Source of the DNA: the human T2T-CHM13v2.0 reference genome, Homo sapiens
Length of the DNA stretch: 64,000 bases
NCBI RefSeq assembly: GCF_009914755.1
Contig: NC_060945.1
Reading direction: 5' to 3' (one strand)
Shown here: positions 46,336-61,900 of the stretch, piece by piece
Position numbering within the stretch: position 1 is the first letter of the stretch
How the letters are laid out: each line of letters starts with the position of its first letter
Notes under the pieces: model-generated
What the model was told of the DNA's origin: nothing
The model's input: only the letters and a program-made list of their open reading frames with translations
Database searches by the model: none
Made by a program: the position numbers and the translations under genes

Positions 46336-48532
46336 CTCAAGTTGGGTTAGGTACCCCTTGGGTTATGTTTTAATTTGACTGCTTTTGTTGCAGCCAGAAG
46401 GTTGTAGAATGAGGTGGAGTATTTCCCATGGGAGCTGTGGTTCTGGGCAGATAAAACAATGCACAATTCTATTCTCTTCACAATTCTGTTCAAGTACTTC
46501 TGTTATAAATCCCCTTAACAGTAAGTGCCCCCATTGTCAATCACAGTGGCCACTGCTCTTCCAAAACCAGCTTTATCTAGGTTTTATTTTCTACCAGTTT
46601 TCAATATCTTAAATTTTCTTCTCTTTTATACAATTTTAAGGCTGTTTAAAAGGGCTAGCTCAATTGGAATATGCATAACTTTCCAATGTTGGAAAGTGAT
46701 CTTTGCTATGCTGATCATTGATTGATTACCTGACAGTCAACACCTATTTGAATCACTGTCTCTTGCCTCTAAGCATTGGCTTCCAAGTAGATTTCACTGG
46801 GCTTTGTATTTTAAAGTTTCCTATTTTCCAAGCTCTGTTATTTGCCATGCTTCTTTTCAGTTTTCTTAGGAAAAAAATGATTGGATCCTGGGGGCATTTG
46901 CTAGATATCTGGCAAGGAGCATCACACAGGTATAAAAGCAAGTCAACCTAACTGAGGAAAATTGAGTAAAATGGAAAAGGATGCCAGTAGAAAGGAGAGA
47001 ATCTGGGAGGAAAAAAAAAAGGGAAACTATATACAGTCAGGTAGTAGTCATATCAAAAAACAAAGGAATGCCCCCAAAGAGTTATGAATTGCTGCAGGAG
47101 AATTAATGAGATGGAAAATTTCTCAAGGAAAAAGAGCCAAGTATATATAAAGGGGAGAAAAGCATAAAATGAAGAAAAAAAAAAAACAAATAAGGCAAAA
47201 TAAAAATTTTTAAAAACCCCAAGTGCAAGGTGAAAGAGTAAAACAAAAGAAAGGATAAATTAGGAAATGGTGCATTGCATTAAAGCAAATGTATTCTGTT
47301 TTCTTTATTCTTATCTTTAACTGGCTTTGCATTTCTCGGGTAGCAAAGCCAAACTGAAAGGATAATTTTGTTTATGTACCCAATTTGCATAATTGTGCAA
47401 TATAAATTACAATGCTAATTAAGGACAGCCCTTGGGCTTCTGGAATTGGGTCAAAGTGGCTCCCCAAGTGCAGGGAGGTTGGGGCATTGGCTCTGTCCCC
47501 TCTCCCACTGCAGGGAAGCTGGGCAAGAACCTCTCTGACAGTGTGTGAAATCTTGTCAGAATTTGTTGAAGACCCAGAACTGTATGTCTCACTCCCAGAC
47601 TTGGCTTTTAAAATCATTTTTGTGTGATTCCGCAATGAAGCTCTTGAAAGCTAAAATTTCTTCTAAATGCGGTGTTGGTTATCATTTTATGAGTCCCCTC
47701 CCATTTTTTTTTTTTTTTTTAATTCAGAGAATTTTGGTTGAAACACTAGATAACTGAGCATGAAGCTGGCATGCAATATTTTCTCACTGGACTCTTGCCA
47801 GAATTGTCTCAAACCAGTGTATGATATACTCTGCTCAGGCTTTTGTGAGCCGGGGGAGATGACAAGCTGATTTCTGAGCTTTAGTTAAATCCATGTCCTT
47901 GAAACTAACTAAACAATTGCACCATAACTACATCAAATTCAGTCCCAGAGCATTTATTCCCTGCACTGTTCATAATAGATGATTGAAAGGAGTAGGGTTC
48001 TTACCATCTTTAGCATGGGTTTTTTCAAGGAAAGAATTATTTCTGAGTTACTGTTGTGAAGGCTGGCATAACTACTTTGGAGGAACCTCTGTTTAGGCCT
48101 GTTTTGGAGGTGGTGTTTGGCAAGCCTTTGGTAGCCATTGAAACTTGACCTCAAGCAAGTTGTATGCAAAATAGAAACAAGCAGCTCTCAAACACTCAAG
48201 TACTTGAGCCGACGGGTAGGGAGGGAGACCTATTATCCTGTCTATGTCGTCTCTATTCACGTTCCTTTTTCTCCTTCACCTTTTGAGAGAGTGTAAGCCC
48301 CTTTTATAAGAGATTGATTACCTCACTTGGGTAACAGCTTAACAGTCAAGGCTGCTAGTTGTGTACACATGATTTTGACTTTGAAATACCAAGAAGCTCT
48401 TTCCACTGGGATAATTATAGGAGTGATTGGAAAATACGTGGCCTGTGTTACTTTGTTTGCTAGAGCAATGTTTTCCAAACTCTTTCATATCCAGACATGA
48501 AAAAACAAAAAGATAACTGTGTGATCCTGGGG

Positions 48533-48876
48533 TGCTATAGTCTGAATATTTTTGTATCCCCTTGGTGGTAAAGATAACCCCCAAGGTAATGGGATGAGAA
48601 GGTGGGGCCTTTGGAAGGCAGTTTAATCATATTAGTGGAGCTCTCATCAATGCAGTAAGTGCCCTTATAAAGGAGGCCTAAAAGAGACTCCTTGCTCCTT
48701 CTGCCATGTGATATTTCAGTGAGAAGACAGCTATTTATAAAGAAGTGGGCCTTCAGGAAACTTGGAATCTATAGTCCCTTGATCTTGGACTTTCCAACCT
48801 CCAGAACTAGGAAAAAAATACTGTGTTGTTTTTAAGCTACTCAGTCTATGGTATAGCAATCTGAACAGACTAAAAC
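48533..48876 (+). mobile_element. MLT1A-like MaLR LTR
   Basis: TGCTATAGTCTGAAT...GGTGGGGCCTTTGG...CTTGATCTTGGACTTTCCAACCTCCAGAAC...AACAGACTAAAA. Confidence 0.75.
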
Positions 48877-51800
48877 CTAGGGTAAACTAGAGGAGAATTG
48901 GGACTGTGGGCAGGGCTGCTCATGTTCCAAGGTGACTGGATCTGTGGCTTTGCCCAACTCAACCTTCCAATTTCCTGAAACTAAGGGTTTAATATCTTGT
49001 GGCACATCAGTATATCTCGAGCAAGGTTCCACACTGTAATCCATGCAGCAACAATGTTCAAGTGATCATTCATAAGGAGTCCACGGTCAAATCAGCATGG
49101 GGTAAGTTGGGTTAAACACACAGACTTAAACATGTTTATCACAAGAATTGTGACATTAGCAACCCTTATTTCTACCACTTCTCTTTTCCCTATGGAATCC
49201 ACCTCTCTGCACTTTCACTTTTCTCCACATGGTTTGGGTGGAACTGGCCTATCCTTGGCTATAAAGGAGGGCACTTGACCTGTTCTGGTCAGTGAGAGCA
49301 GCTTATCCCCCAGGCCATAGGGATTGGTTCAGGCTGACAGTAGACTAGAGCATGGCAAATCAGAGTCAGACTCAGGAACAATGGAAAAATTTGGCAAATT
49401 CTTGGTAGTATTTTTTGAGCATGTAGATAAAACTATGAATGAATTTTCTAAGTTACTCCTCGTATCCGAGATAACATACCTCTCATTTTGCTGAAGCTAG
49501 TCTGAATTGAGTACTATTTTCAACTGGAGAAGTCTTGATTGATATTTACTTTTATTTCCTAAGATTCAGCTCTAATAGATCATGTTCCTGCTTAAAAGTC
49601 TCCAGGACTCACCATTACATAGGGGATAAAGTCTAAGTAATTATAACTTAATATATAGGTTTTACCTATAATTGCAGTAAATATGGGGCGGGTTCTCTCT
49701 CACTGGTTTATTGATGACAGTGTTAGCTAAGAGTAAACAGGGTGGTCAGAGTCTGTAGTCTAGTTAAGTATCCTTTTAATACATTGGTTGAGGGGTCCTC
49801 AACAAACAGATTGCTTTTTGCTCCTAGAGTTGATCATGCTTTTGGGTAGATTTTTTTTTTCCTTTCTTCTGCAATTGTTCAGGTGCATTTAGTAACTCCA
49901 GCCTTTCTCTCTGGCGTATACTTTGTTACTAATTATAAAGGCATAATCTTGACAATGTAGACATTTTAGAGAATTCTCCTTCTGATGGTTGTATATGTAT
50001 TGAGAACAGTTACCGTAAAGCAGTGATTCTTAAAGTGTGGTCCCCGGACCAGCATATTGTCACCTGGGAAATTGTTAGTGATGTAGAGTCTTGGGCCAAA
50101 CCTCAGACCCATTGAATCAGAAAATCTGGGGATGATGGCCAGCAATTTGTATTTTAATAACAAGGTGATTCTCTTGCGTGATAAAGTTTTCAAACAGTTG
50201 ACAAGAAAGGTCAAAGCCTGGAGAATATCTTGGTCGAGGACTTCCTAAAACCTTCTATCTCATTACCCCAATATACTTTCCTCATGCCTTTTTAATTGCT
50301 ATTTCACTAGAGTTTTTACTTCTCTCGGGAGCTCATCCTATTTAACCGGGTTTTTAGTTTTACAATTTCATGCCCACTCTGCGTGGATCTATTGTCAGGT
50401 TCTCACTTTTCTTGATAGTTTTCTTGGAAAATTAAAAGATCAAGCCAACTGGATTTTTATTATTTCAACTGCCATTATATCTTCTTCAGGGTGTTTTAAA
50501 ATTATCATATACTTGCTCCCCCCTCCCAACCCCTTTACCATCTTGTTGATTTCAGACTAGTATTTAAATCATATTTCCTAGACAGGCAACTTATGCCATT
50601 GTGAGATACAAAATAGTTCATATAACATAGCAAGGGGATATCATTCTAGAATTAAACTCATGTTACAGAAATTTCATCACGAAGGTAAAACACATTTGTA
50701 TAAATTGAACTTTGACTATATTTGCATCACAAGCAGTAGACCAAGACAGACACTGTTTAATCATTTAGAGCATCAGCTATAAAGTCAGACTTCCTGAGTT
50801 CAGATATAACCCACCACTTGCTGATTATGTGACCTTGGGCAAACCCTCTGTGCCTCAGTTTCTTTTTCTGCCCGAATAAGGAAAATGCTCAGTAAATTTT
50901 AGTTAATGCTACAGCTTTTGAGGCAACATCCTGAGAAAGATGCCCACACGTAATAGCAAGGCAAGGTTTGTCTAAACTAAAATCCTGTCTCTGTGAACAC
51001 ACATAAAGGCTCATATTTTGAAGACAAAGAGAATTGGTTGAGAATGATTAAACCTATACTGGTAAATGAAAATAACAAACAGTTCTTATAAAACTTGCAG
51101 TATGTACTCAAACTTAACATAACTTTAATTAATATGCTATCAGATTTAGTTTAGTTCACATTAACCCAAGCCCAGAGACTTACACCAATTTTAGTTAAGA
51201 TAATAGTCTCTGTTTTTTCTAATCTAGTCTCTTTTTATTTGACTAGAAGTTCTTACTTTCCTTTTCTGAGGGCCTAATTCTCTTCTAAGTCCACTAACTC
51301 AGATGTTATCATCATGTTTATAAATGGATCAGTCCCAGGTGTTGTTACTTCCATGCCTGTGAGCACATATTATCGTTTGTAAAAAAAAAAGTTCTAAAGT
51401 TTTTAAATAGCTAAAAATTCATGTTAAAATTCTTGCTATACAGCAGCCCAGAAGAGGTATGGCTTTTCTCCACTATGGCTATGATGCCTGCCAGGAATTA
51501 TTAGTTGTTCCAGTAATGTCCCTAATACCTGTCTGAATAATCTTTGGGTGACTGGGTATAGAATTTTACACTCTATAGCATACTGGCTAAATTTGCTTCT
51601 TCACAGTTATACCCATCATATACTGTCTGGTCTTAAAAATTCACTTACATATTACATGTATACCTGCATTTGCTTATTTAAAAACTATTAAATATCAGGT
51701 ACTGTTCTAGGCATCAAAAACACAAGGTTTACTTAAGTCCCTGCCATTATGATGCTTACATTAACAGTGAAATAAACTGTAATCATTCTAGAAGGCAGAA

Positions 51801-51918
51801 ACCGAAAGTTTTCTTGTCTGCCTTTTTCTTAGTAGAGTGCTGGAAACATAAGTAGGTGCTTAATAAAGACTCCTGGATTATTAAAATGCATACTATACTT
51901 AAAATGTTAGGAACTTAT

Positions 51919-52220
51919 GGCCGGGCACAGTGGCTCACACCTGTAATCCCAGCACCTTGGGAGGCCAAGACGGGCGATTCACGAGGTCAGGAGATCGAGA
52001 CCATCCTGGCTAACAAGGAGAAACCCGGTCTCTACTAAAAATACAAAAAATTAGCCGGGCTTGGTGGCGGGCCCCTGTAGTCCCAGCTACTCGGGAGGCT
52101 AGGCAGGAGGATGGCATGAACCTGGGAGGCGGAGCTTGCAGTGAGCCGAGATCGCACCACTGCACTCCAGCCTGGGCGACAGAGTGAGACTCCATCTCAA
52201 AAAAAAAAAAAAGAAAAAAA
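51919..52220 (+). mobile_element. AluY
   Basis: GAGATCGAGACCATCCTGGCTAAC, GGCGGAGCTTGCAG; TSD core TTAGGAACTT. Confidence 0.93.
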
Positions 52221-52378
52221 TATATTAGGAACTTCTGAGGAGCCTAGTTGAAGAAGGAAGCTCAGCAAATGCAGGCTTATGGAGTGGAAGATTATTTGAG
52301 CAGCAAATCACTTTAGAGAATACCTAGTAGAACTGCTTACTTTTTAGGTGAAATAACAGAAAATACCTGTTGTTTTAG

Positions 52379-52839
52379 TAAGGGAGAGACCACCCTTCAT
52401 ATTGTCTTATGCCCAATTTCTGCCTCCAAAGAAAGAAGAAGTAAAAACTAACAGGCAGAAATGAAATCCACAAGCATACAGCCCTGCGCCACACCCTGGG
52501 CCTGGTAGTTAAAGATCCACCCCTGACCTAATCGGTTATGTTATCTATAGATTGCAGACATTGTATAGAAAAGCACTGTGAAAATCCCTGTCCTGTTCTG
52601 TTCCATTCTAATTACCAGTGCATGCAGCCTCCAGTCACGTACCCCCTGCTTACTCAATCGATCATGATCTTCTCACGTGGACCCCTTAGAGTGGTAAGCC
52701 CTTAAGAGGGACAGGAATTGCTGACTCGGGGAGCTCAGTTGTTGGAGAAGTGAGTCTTGCCGAAGCTCCTGGCCAAATAAAGCCCTTCCTTCTTTAACTC
52801 GGTGTCTGACGGGTTTTGTCTGCGGCTTGTCCTGCTATA
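52379..52839 (+). mobile_element. Solo LTR2 (HERV-E/Harlequin, ERV1)
   Basis: TAAGGGAGAGACCACCCTTCATATTGTCTTATGCCCAATTTCTGCCTCC...AATAAAGCCCTTCC...TCCTGCTATA; 4-bp TSD TTAG at 52375-52378 and 52840-52843. Confidence 0.92.
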
Positions 52840-54270
52840 TTAGCAATTAAAAATTAACTGTACCATACAGTCAGTTGACTATACCATACAGTGTACCAAC
52901 AGTATACCCCCCTGCCCCCTGCTGACATAGTGAAGACTTGTGGGAAGTATCAGAAAGAGAACTGGAATTAAGGAGGAAAATCAAGATTTGTGACTTTAGC
53001 CAAATGTCTTGGGTTCACGAAACCCACATAAAATGGCTCATTTTGGGGGATATTGTGAGAATTAAAGGAATAGAATATTTGAAAACACTTTGGTACATTT
53101 TTCTAGGCAGAACAGAATTGAGTTTTGGGGAGGGTGTCTTGAGTTAAAGATGGTGATGAAAATAATGAGTCATTGAAATAGAAGGAAACATCCTAATTTA
53201 CAGTCATTAAGGACTGCCATGAAATTCCACCCCATGAAAATCTGAAATGGGTATATATACCTTCAGGAATGTGTAGCTTGATCATCAAGAGATTCAAGTA
53301 TACTGCCACAACACACTTATAGTTTAGACCATGATCGTGTGGTAGAGACAGTTAAAAATATTTAATCTCTCTTATTCTCAAATAATGAGTATAGGAAACA
53401 AATAAGAATTTAAATATTTCTGAAGATCATCATGAAAATGTCTAGCATATTTTGTAAACAACAATTTCTTGGATTATTAGATACTTTGCTGTTTGCTTTT
53501 CAGTAGGCACAAACATATTGTGAGATGTTCTGTATTTATGAAGTTACAATAAACTGTGAAAATAACAGAATGCATTCTGGGTAAGCTAAAGCAGTAGTCC
53601 AGATATTTCATTAAAATTCAGATCCATACTTTGGGTTGTATTCTTATTCAAAAATATTTTTAAAAATATTATTGTAAGTATGTTTCTTATCGCCAATTTT
53701 TAATTTTCATTTGTAGGTTGTGGAAAATGCACTAGAATCAACAAACATGGGGACTAATTCAACTCGGATATCATGTCTTCAGAGAAGTTTCTCCTGCCCT
53801 CCTCTCCCTGTAGAATTAAGTATTCTTCCACTGTGCCACCCTCTAACTTGTGCTCATATCTTCCTCTATTGTAGTTATGTGTTCACATCCCTGTTGTTTT
53901 TGTACCGGCTTCTCCCAAAGGGAGACATTTAGTCTTATTCTTCTTGGTAACTTTAGCACAGACCTGGCAGATTGTTGACACTCAACAAATGTTTATTGAC
54001 TCAAATGCATTCAGTTGAACATTGACCTTTGATCAACTCTGGGAAAAGTCTGCAAAGCTAGTTAGGACATTCAGAAATTCATTTCATTTCAATCCTAACT
54101 AAATAAATTATTGAAGTCTCAGAACTTCTCAGTACTTGATTTAGACACATAGAAACTTGGGTAAATAACACCTATATTGTTATATTCCTCAAGAAAAAGT
54201 TTATCTTTTCATGAAATGAATCTACTGAGGATATTTATAGAAACTGAATGTAAGTGAGCAGAATAAAGTG

Positions 54271-54271
<1 letters not shown>

Positions 54272-54298
<27 letters not shown>
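54272..54298. repeat. (TG)n microsatellite
   Basis: Read directly from the sequence. Confidence 0.97.
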
Positions 54299-54302
<4 letters not shown>

Positions 54303-54373
54303 AATTTGAAGAGTAGGTGGGAGAAGGTTGTGATAGGATAGCAGATCTTGTTTATGATAGTCACCAGCTATAA

Positions 54374-54724
<351 letters not shown>

Positions 54725-54908
54725 TAATGTCTGTGTCAATTAAATAGAAATGTATCAAGTTAAAAACCTTGCCTCGGTAGCTTCCAGTGCAAATAAAGGT
54801 ACCCATGCCACCCCATTCTGGCCAGCAGTAAAATTGATGGAAGCCTCTGGTTGGGGCTTCAAGGAAAGCTTTATCAAAAGATAAACTCACTGGCTTTGTC
54901 CCTTAGTT

Positions 54909-55255
54909 CAGTGGTCCCCAACCTTTTTGGCACCAAGAGACCAGTTTTGTGGAAGACAATTTTTTCCATGGACCAGGAGGGTTCCGGGGGATGGTTTTGG
55001 GATGAAAATGTTTCACCTTAGATATCATCGGGCATTCAATTCTCATAAGGAGCCTGCAACCTAGACCTCTCACATGTGCAGTTCACAATAGGGTTCATGC
55101 TCCTATGAGAATCTAATGCCACTGCTGATCTGACAGGAGGCAGAGCTCAGGCAGTAATGCTCACTAGTTCCGTTGCTCGCCTCCTGCTGTGCAGCCCAGT
55201 TCCTAACAGGACACAGACCAGTACTGGTTCGCAACCCAGGGTTTGGGGGCCCCTG
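54909..55255. mobile_element. MER1B-like hAT-Charlie element
   Basis: TIRs CAGTGGTCCCCAACC and GGTTTGGGGGCCCCTG; 8-bp TSD (C/T)CTTAGTT at 54901-54908 and 55256-55263. Confidence 0.9.
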
Positions 55256-56896
55256 TCTTAGTTCCTTTGCCTTCCTTCCAGATGGATGCCTGGAGGAACA
55301 ATCATCCCGCAATTGTGAAAATTGAAGCCATATTTTAAAGTTGGTTTCAATTGTAATACAGAAGAAATCTGGACCTTGATGACATTTGAGCTAGAGTACT
55401 AATCTTGATCTTCCTATTCATGAGCTTGTTGCAAGAGACAAGACTTTTACTGATTTAACTCATTGTTGGGATTTCTTGGAACTAAACACAGTCATAATAC
55501 ATTTTTTCCTTCCCAGGAAAATGGTAGAGCATGACTTTTCAAATCTAATAAAACTCATGTGTAGCTAAAACCACTCTACTGAAACAATTCCATCTCAGCC
55601 CATGGTACAAGGGATTTTCCTGAATGAAAAATGGTGTCTGATCATTTTGTTGGTTTCTTTGTTGGTTTTTCCTGAAACTTAGGGTTAAAGAATCCAGGAA
55701 AGTTGTCTTAGATAGAGTTATAATTTCCGTGGACATCAACTGATAAATGCAATTACAGTTTGTATGCCTAGGTTTGGCAAAAATCATATAAGCAACATCC
55801 CTCACATAATATTGTTTTAATTAAATTTTATTTCTTTCTTGGTATGAAACATACTGCAGAAGCACAATCAATGAACATTGGATAGTTTCCTTAAATCTTG
55901 CTCTTTGTCCTATTTATATAATTTATTGTGTCAGTGGTTCTCAAGTGGTATGCTCCTGCAACTCATCATCTGAAAATCCTTCCCAGATGTGCTGAAAAAT
56001 TTTCATTAATTTGTATATTCTATTTTATTTTTATAACTAAGTACACATGCTTGTGACTGGAAGAGAAGACACCCCTCATTTAATCCCAGAGGAATATTTG
56101 GCCTTGATTCATGCCCTGCTCACTCCACCCCATTATTAAGATAGAGATCGCTGAAGAAATCCCTGCTCTATAAATGTAGCTGATCCAAAAACAAAATGGA
56201 AATTCATTATTTTAAATATTTCTACAAGATCTTTGTACAACTCTATTTTTTTTTCCTATTAAGAATTACATGATTCTAGAATAAGTTCCAACCCTAAGTA
56301 TCAACACTGGAACACAATTTTAAAACAGGAGGCGATTATCTCTATAGTGAGATTTAACTACAGAGGTGATAGCTCTGGTTAGTGAATTTCAGGACTAGAA
56401 ATCAGGCCTGCTGTCTCTTAGCTTAGAGGAGGTATAATAAGAAGAGGATTAGAACTACTGTGTATATTAACAAGAAGAACTCTATTATGTTCAGCTATCA
56501 TTATATATGATATTATGTTTCTTTTTATGAACTATAGTTCACTGTCTTTAAGCATAATGTTTGCCCAAGGTGGGGGTGTTGGTGTGTGTCTGTGTGTATA
56601 TGCATGTGTGCACATGTGTGTATGTATAGTTGATTCATTCATTCTGACCTACTGAATTTACTGAAGGAATAAGAAGAAATACCTTGAACTGAGGGACCTG
56701 GCTTAGCTCAACATCTGTACCATCTACCTTTGAGTATCCATTCCTTTACTATGAAGCATGGATGCTAAAACTAAAATTGCATTTGCTAAACTACTTTGTA
56801 GCTAGATTCCTGGGTGAGATTAGATTTGGTCAATTAGATGTTCTTGTGTAACATTTAGAAGGTGATAGTAAGGCAAAGGTCATGTGACTGGCTGAT

Positions 56897-59800
56897 TTTA
56901 TTTATGTTCAATGATCTTTATTGGGGTACACTTTATATATAATAATAAATAATGCACACATTTTAAGTGTACAATTTGATGAGTTCTGACAAATTTATAT
57001 GCATGTATAACCAGCATCAATATCAAGATATATAATGATCCCCTCATTCCAGAATAGTCTCTTGTGTTCTTTCCAGCCAATGCCCCACCCCTGGATTCTG
57101 GCAACAATTGATCTGCTTTTTATTACCATGGATTATATTTGTCTTTCCTAGAGATACAAATAAATGAAATAATGTAGTGTGTCCTCTTTAACTTTGGCTT
57201 ATTTCTCTCGGCACACTATTTCTGAAATTTGTCCATACTGTTGATATGGCAGACAGAATTTTAAGATGGTTCCTAAAATTCTTGCCTCCTGGTATGTATA
57301 ATTTTCTCTCGGTTTTCCGCTGAACACTAACCTAGGTGCTATTGTAAAGGGATTTCTCAAGTGTAATTAAAGTCCCTAATAAGTTTATTTTAAGTTAGAA
57401 AAATTTTCCCAGGTGAGCTTGAGCTAAGTGAGTGACCTAAGCAGGTGAGTTGTTAGAAAAAAATTAAGAGATATTTGAAGCGTAGACAAAATTCTGTTGG
57501 CTTTTAAAAGAAAACTTCCATGTGATAGAGAAAGCCAGATGATAGGGAACACAAGGTTACCTCTAAATTGACAACCAGCAAAAAAGCTGAGACTTCAGTC
57601 TTATCATCATAAGGAATTGAATTCTGTCAACAGCCACGTGACCTTAGAGGAGGCCCCTGAGCCGCAGATGAGATCATGGCCCTGGCCAATACCTTAAATT
57701 CATCCTGGTGAGATATGAGCAGAGAACTCAGCTATGCCATGCTCAGATTTCTCACCTGTAGAGCAGTAAATTAATAAGTGAGCATTATTTGAAGCTGCTA
57801 AGTTTGTGGTGATTTGTTACACATCAAGAGAAAACATATGCTGTATATATTATTAGATTTTTCCTTTATATTGGTGGGTGTATTTGTTATCTATTACTTC
57901 CTAACAAATCGACAATAATTAAGTGTCTTAAGACAACACATATTTATTACCTCATAGTTTCTGTGGGTCAGAAATCTGGGCATGGTTTATGTGAGTTCTT
58001 TGATTTAAAGTTGTTGGCAAATCTGTAAACAAGGAAGCAGTCAGGACCGAGGTCTCATCTGAAAGTCAACTTGGGATGGGTCTGCTTCCAGCCTCACTTA
58101 ACATAACAGCTGGCAGGATTCAGTTGCTCTTGGGTAGTTGGATTGATGGCCTCAGATAACTAGGTAGCTATTAGCTAGATTTCACCCTCAGTTTGTTGCC
58201 GTGTGGGCCTCCCTAAGGTGGCAATTTACTTCATCAAAACCAGCAAGGGAGAGAGTTGGCTACAATCTCTAGTAATGTAGCTACAGAAATGACATCCCCT
58301 TAGCAATGAGATATTTTATTAATTAGAAAGAAATTACTCAACAGGAGGGGATTACACAATGTAGTGAATACCAGGAGGCTGAGATCAGAAGGAGCTAGTG
58401 TAGAAGCTGCCTACCACAGTGAGTAGTATTCTATTACATGAATATACCAGAATGTCTGAATCCACCCAACTGGGCATAGACGTTTGTGTTCATTCAAGAT
58501 ACAGACTATTATTATTTTAAAAATAAAAGTTACTATGAACATTTAAGTATAAGCTTTTGTGTGGGCGTGTTTCATTTGTTTTGAATGAAATTGCAGGGTC
58601 GCATAGAAAATGCATATTTAATCTTATAAGAAGCTGCTTAAAATGCTTTGCAATGTGATTTTACCATTTTACACTCCCAACAATGTATAGCAATATATCA
58701 TAGATCTAGTGGTTTCATATCTCCACAAACACTTGATATTGTCACTCAGTTTAATTGTAGCTACTTAAATAGGCTTATAATGGTACTCGTTATGATTTTA
58801 ATATGCATTTCCCTAATGCCTATTAGGGACTAATTATGTTAAGCATCTTTTCATGTATTTGGAGGCCATTTGTGTACCTTCATTTGTAAAATATCTGTTT
58901 AAGTAGCTTGCCCATTTGGATTGCTTTACATTTTATTATAGAGTCATAAGCATCCTTTATATATTCTGAATATAACTCTTTTATCAGACATACATATATA
59001 TCAAATATTTTTTTCTAAGTTTGTGGTTTGTGTTTTTACTTTTTATACTGTTTATTGAATAGTAGATTTTATATTCATTTTATCCATTCTGTTATGATCG
59101 ATATTTTTTGAACTATGAAAATATTGCTATGTAAAAATAAAAAATATATTTTCATCCCGAGTTTCATAATTTTAGCTTTCACTCTTATATCTGTGATTCA
59201 TTCTGAGTTTTCTTGTATAGTTTAAAGTCAGAGTGGGTGTTTGTTTGCTTATTAATATATTTATAGATATTTCTAATTCTTTCTAGCACCATTTATTAAA
59301 AAGTCTCTTTTTTTACCCATTGAATTATTTTTTTTAAATTGTTATGTCTAAAATCAAATTACCAAATACACATTGTCTATTTTGAACTATTTATTCTGTT
59401 TCATTGATTTTTATGTGTTCCTTTACACCAATATCATTGTCTTAATTACTGTAGATTTGTTGGAAATATGGGAGTCAAATTTAAGGATTTCAATTTTGTC
59501 CTTTTATCAAGTTGTTTTGGCTGTTCTAGGTCCTTTGCATTTCCCTATAACATTTGGAATTAGGTTGTCAATATTTCCCCAGAATAAAGCCTGCTGGGAT
59601 TTTGAACAGGATTGCATGGAATCTATAAATCAATTTAGTGAGAATTAATAACATATTAAGTACTCTAATTGATGAACATAGTATCATCTTCCATTTATTT
59701 AGTCTTTGACTTCTCGGAAATGTTTTATAGTTTTCAGTGTGTAGGTCTTGAAGTTTGTAAAATTCTAAGTGTTTTATGGTTTTGACTGTAATTGTAAATA

Positions 59801-61900
59801 CCTCCCATTGTTCATTGTTAGTACATAGAAATAAAATAAATTTTGTATTAATTTGTCTCATGCAATCTTCTATACTCACTTCTTTCCAATAGTTTTATGT
59901 GGAATTCTTAGAAGCTTCCACTTACATCATCATGTCATTTGGTAATTAAAACAATTTTACATCCTTTTCTTATATCTGTATGTCTTTTTTTTAATTTTGC
60001 TTTATTGCACTTCAGTACAATGTTGAATAGGAGTGTTAAACACTGATTCTTCCCTTATTCTTAATGCTGAGGAGAAAAGTCTTTCACTTTTAAGTGTGAT
60101 GTTAACTGTAGGTTTTTATAGCTGCCTTTCATCGGATTGAGAATGTTCCTTTTTATCGCTAGTTGACTGAGATGTTTTATCAAAAATGGAATTTTGTCAA
60201 ATGCTTTTTCTGGAATGGTCTGATGGTTCTTCTCCTTTATCCTGTTAACGTGGTGAATTATAATGATCGATATTCAAGTTAAACAGTGCATTCCTGGAAA
60301 AGCCCTATAGGGTTATGATATATTCCCTTTTAAAAGATTTGCAGGATTAATTCGCTAATATTTGTTCAGGATTTTGTGTCTAAATTCATGAGAAATATTT
60401 GTCTATACTTTTCTTGTAATATCATTTTAAATCAGGGAAATGCTGGCCTCATAAAATGAATTAAAGAATGTTCCACTCTCCTATAATTTTCTGGAACAGT
60501 TTGCATAGGACTGGTATTATTTTTCCTTAAAAGTGTGATAAAATTCACCAGTGAAGCCATCTGATCTGAGGATTTCTTTGTGGAATCATTTAAAATTATA
60601 ATTCCAATTTTTAAATTGGAATTTTAAATTGATTTTAACTCAGATTTTCTATTTCTATTTCTTTTTGAGTCAGCTGGGTATTTTTTTTCCGTTTAAGGAA
60701 TTTGTTCATTGAATTTAATTTTTCTAATGTATTGGCTTAAAGTTGGTTATAGTGTGCTCTTCTTGTCCTTTTAATGTTAGCAGAATTTAAATTGATATGT
60801 CCCCCCTTTTTTTTCATTTCTGATATTGTTAACATTTCTTCCCATGCGGACTCAGTGTATTTGTGTTTGTGCTGCTTAGGGTTCATTGTGATTCTGTATA
60901 TTTAAATTTTTCTTAAATTTGAACAAATTGTTCATTTTATCTGCAGATATTCGCTCTGCCACCCCTTCTTCCTGGGCCTTAAATTATACAGCCATTACAT
61001 TGCTCAGTGTTATCTCACAGCTCACAGAAATGCATTTCATTTTTTTTCACTCTTTTTCTCTCTGGGTTTCATTTTAGGTGGTTTTTATTGATAGTCTTCA
61101 AAAATTTACTAATATTTTCTTTTGCAGTAAAGTTTACTAAGAGTTTTTGTCTGCAGTGTCTAATCCTGTGTGGTGAATTTTTCGTGCGAGATATTCTAGT
61201 TTTTATTTCTAGATAATCTAGGTTATTCTGTTTAAATTTCTTCTATCTATTAACATCATGTTTTCTTTACTTAATTGAATAACACTCTAACAGCTATTTT
61301 AATATCCTTGCCTTCTAATTCCATCACCTCTACCATTTATTGTTCTGTTTCTATCGCCTAGTTTGTCTCCTCATTATGTGTCTCATTTTCCTATTTCTTA
61401 ACATGTTTAATAATTTTTGACTGGATGCTGGATGTGTGAATTTTACTGCAGTGATGGTCAGTCATAGTCATTTTTGTCCTCTGTTGAAACCTAGTAGTGT
61501 GTCGCCTTTGTTCTAGAAGGCAGTTAAGTCACCTGCATTTCATCTTGCTTTTTTTGAGGTTTGTTTTTACTTTTTTTTGGTTATGGCTGCAGCAGCCCAT
61601 ATTCTAGGTATAATCAAACTCCACTACTAAAGATGGATTTTTTTTTTTAACATCACTATTGAATTTTGAGAGTGATCAATGAGGATGCTTCACTCTGGCT
61701 GGAATAAACCCAAGGATCCCCAGCCCTGTGTGAGCTCTGGGAACTGCTCACCTCACAACTCTGAGCCAATTTCTGCTTATTCTCATGGGGTTTTATCCTA
61801 TGCAGATATATCTCACAGCTAAGTCTCAAAGGGGCCTCATTAAGATTTCTGATGTTCTTTTTCTGTATGACTTCTTCCTCTTTGAAACTCAGATTTTTAT
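56897..61900 (-). mobile_element. Long degenerate L1M (ME/MB-age) element with nested MLT1 LTRs (about 57245-57840 and 57880-58418)
   Basis: Antisense L1 3'UTR and ORF2 motifs; minus-strand ORF 59568-59879 resembles decayed ORF2p (LQDLHTENYK, KLIYRFHAILFKIP). Confidence 0.75.
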
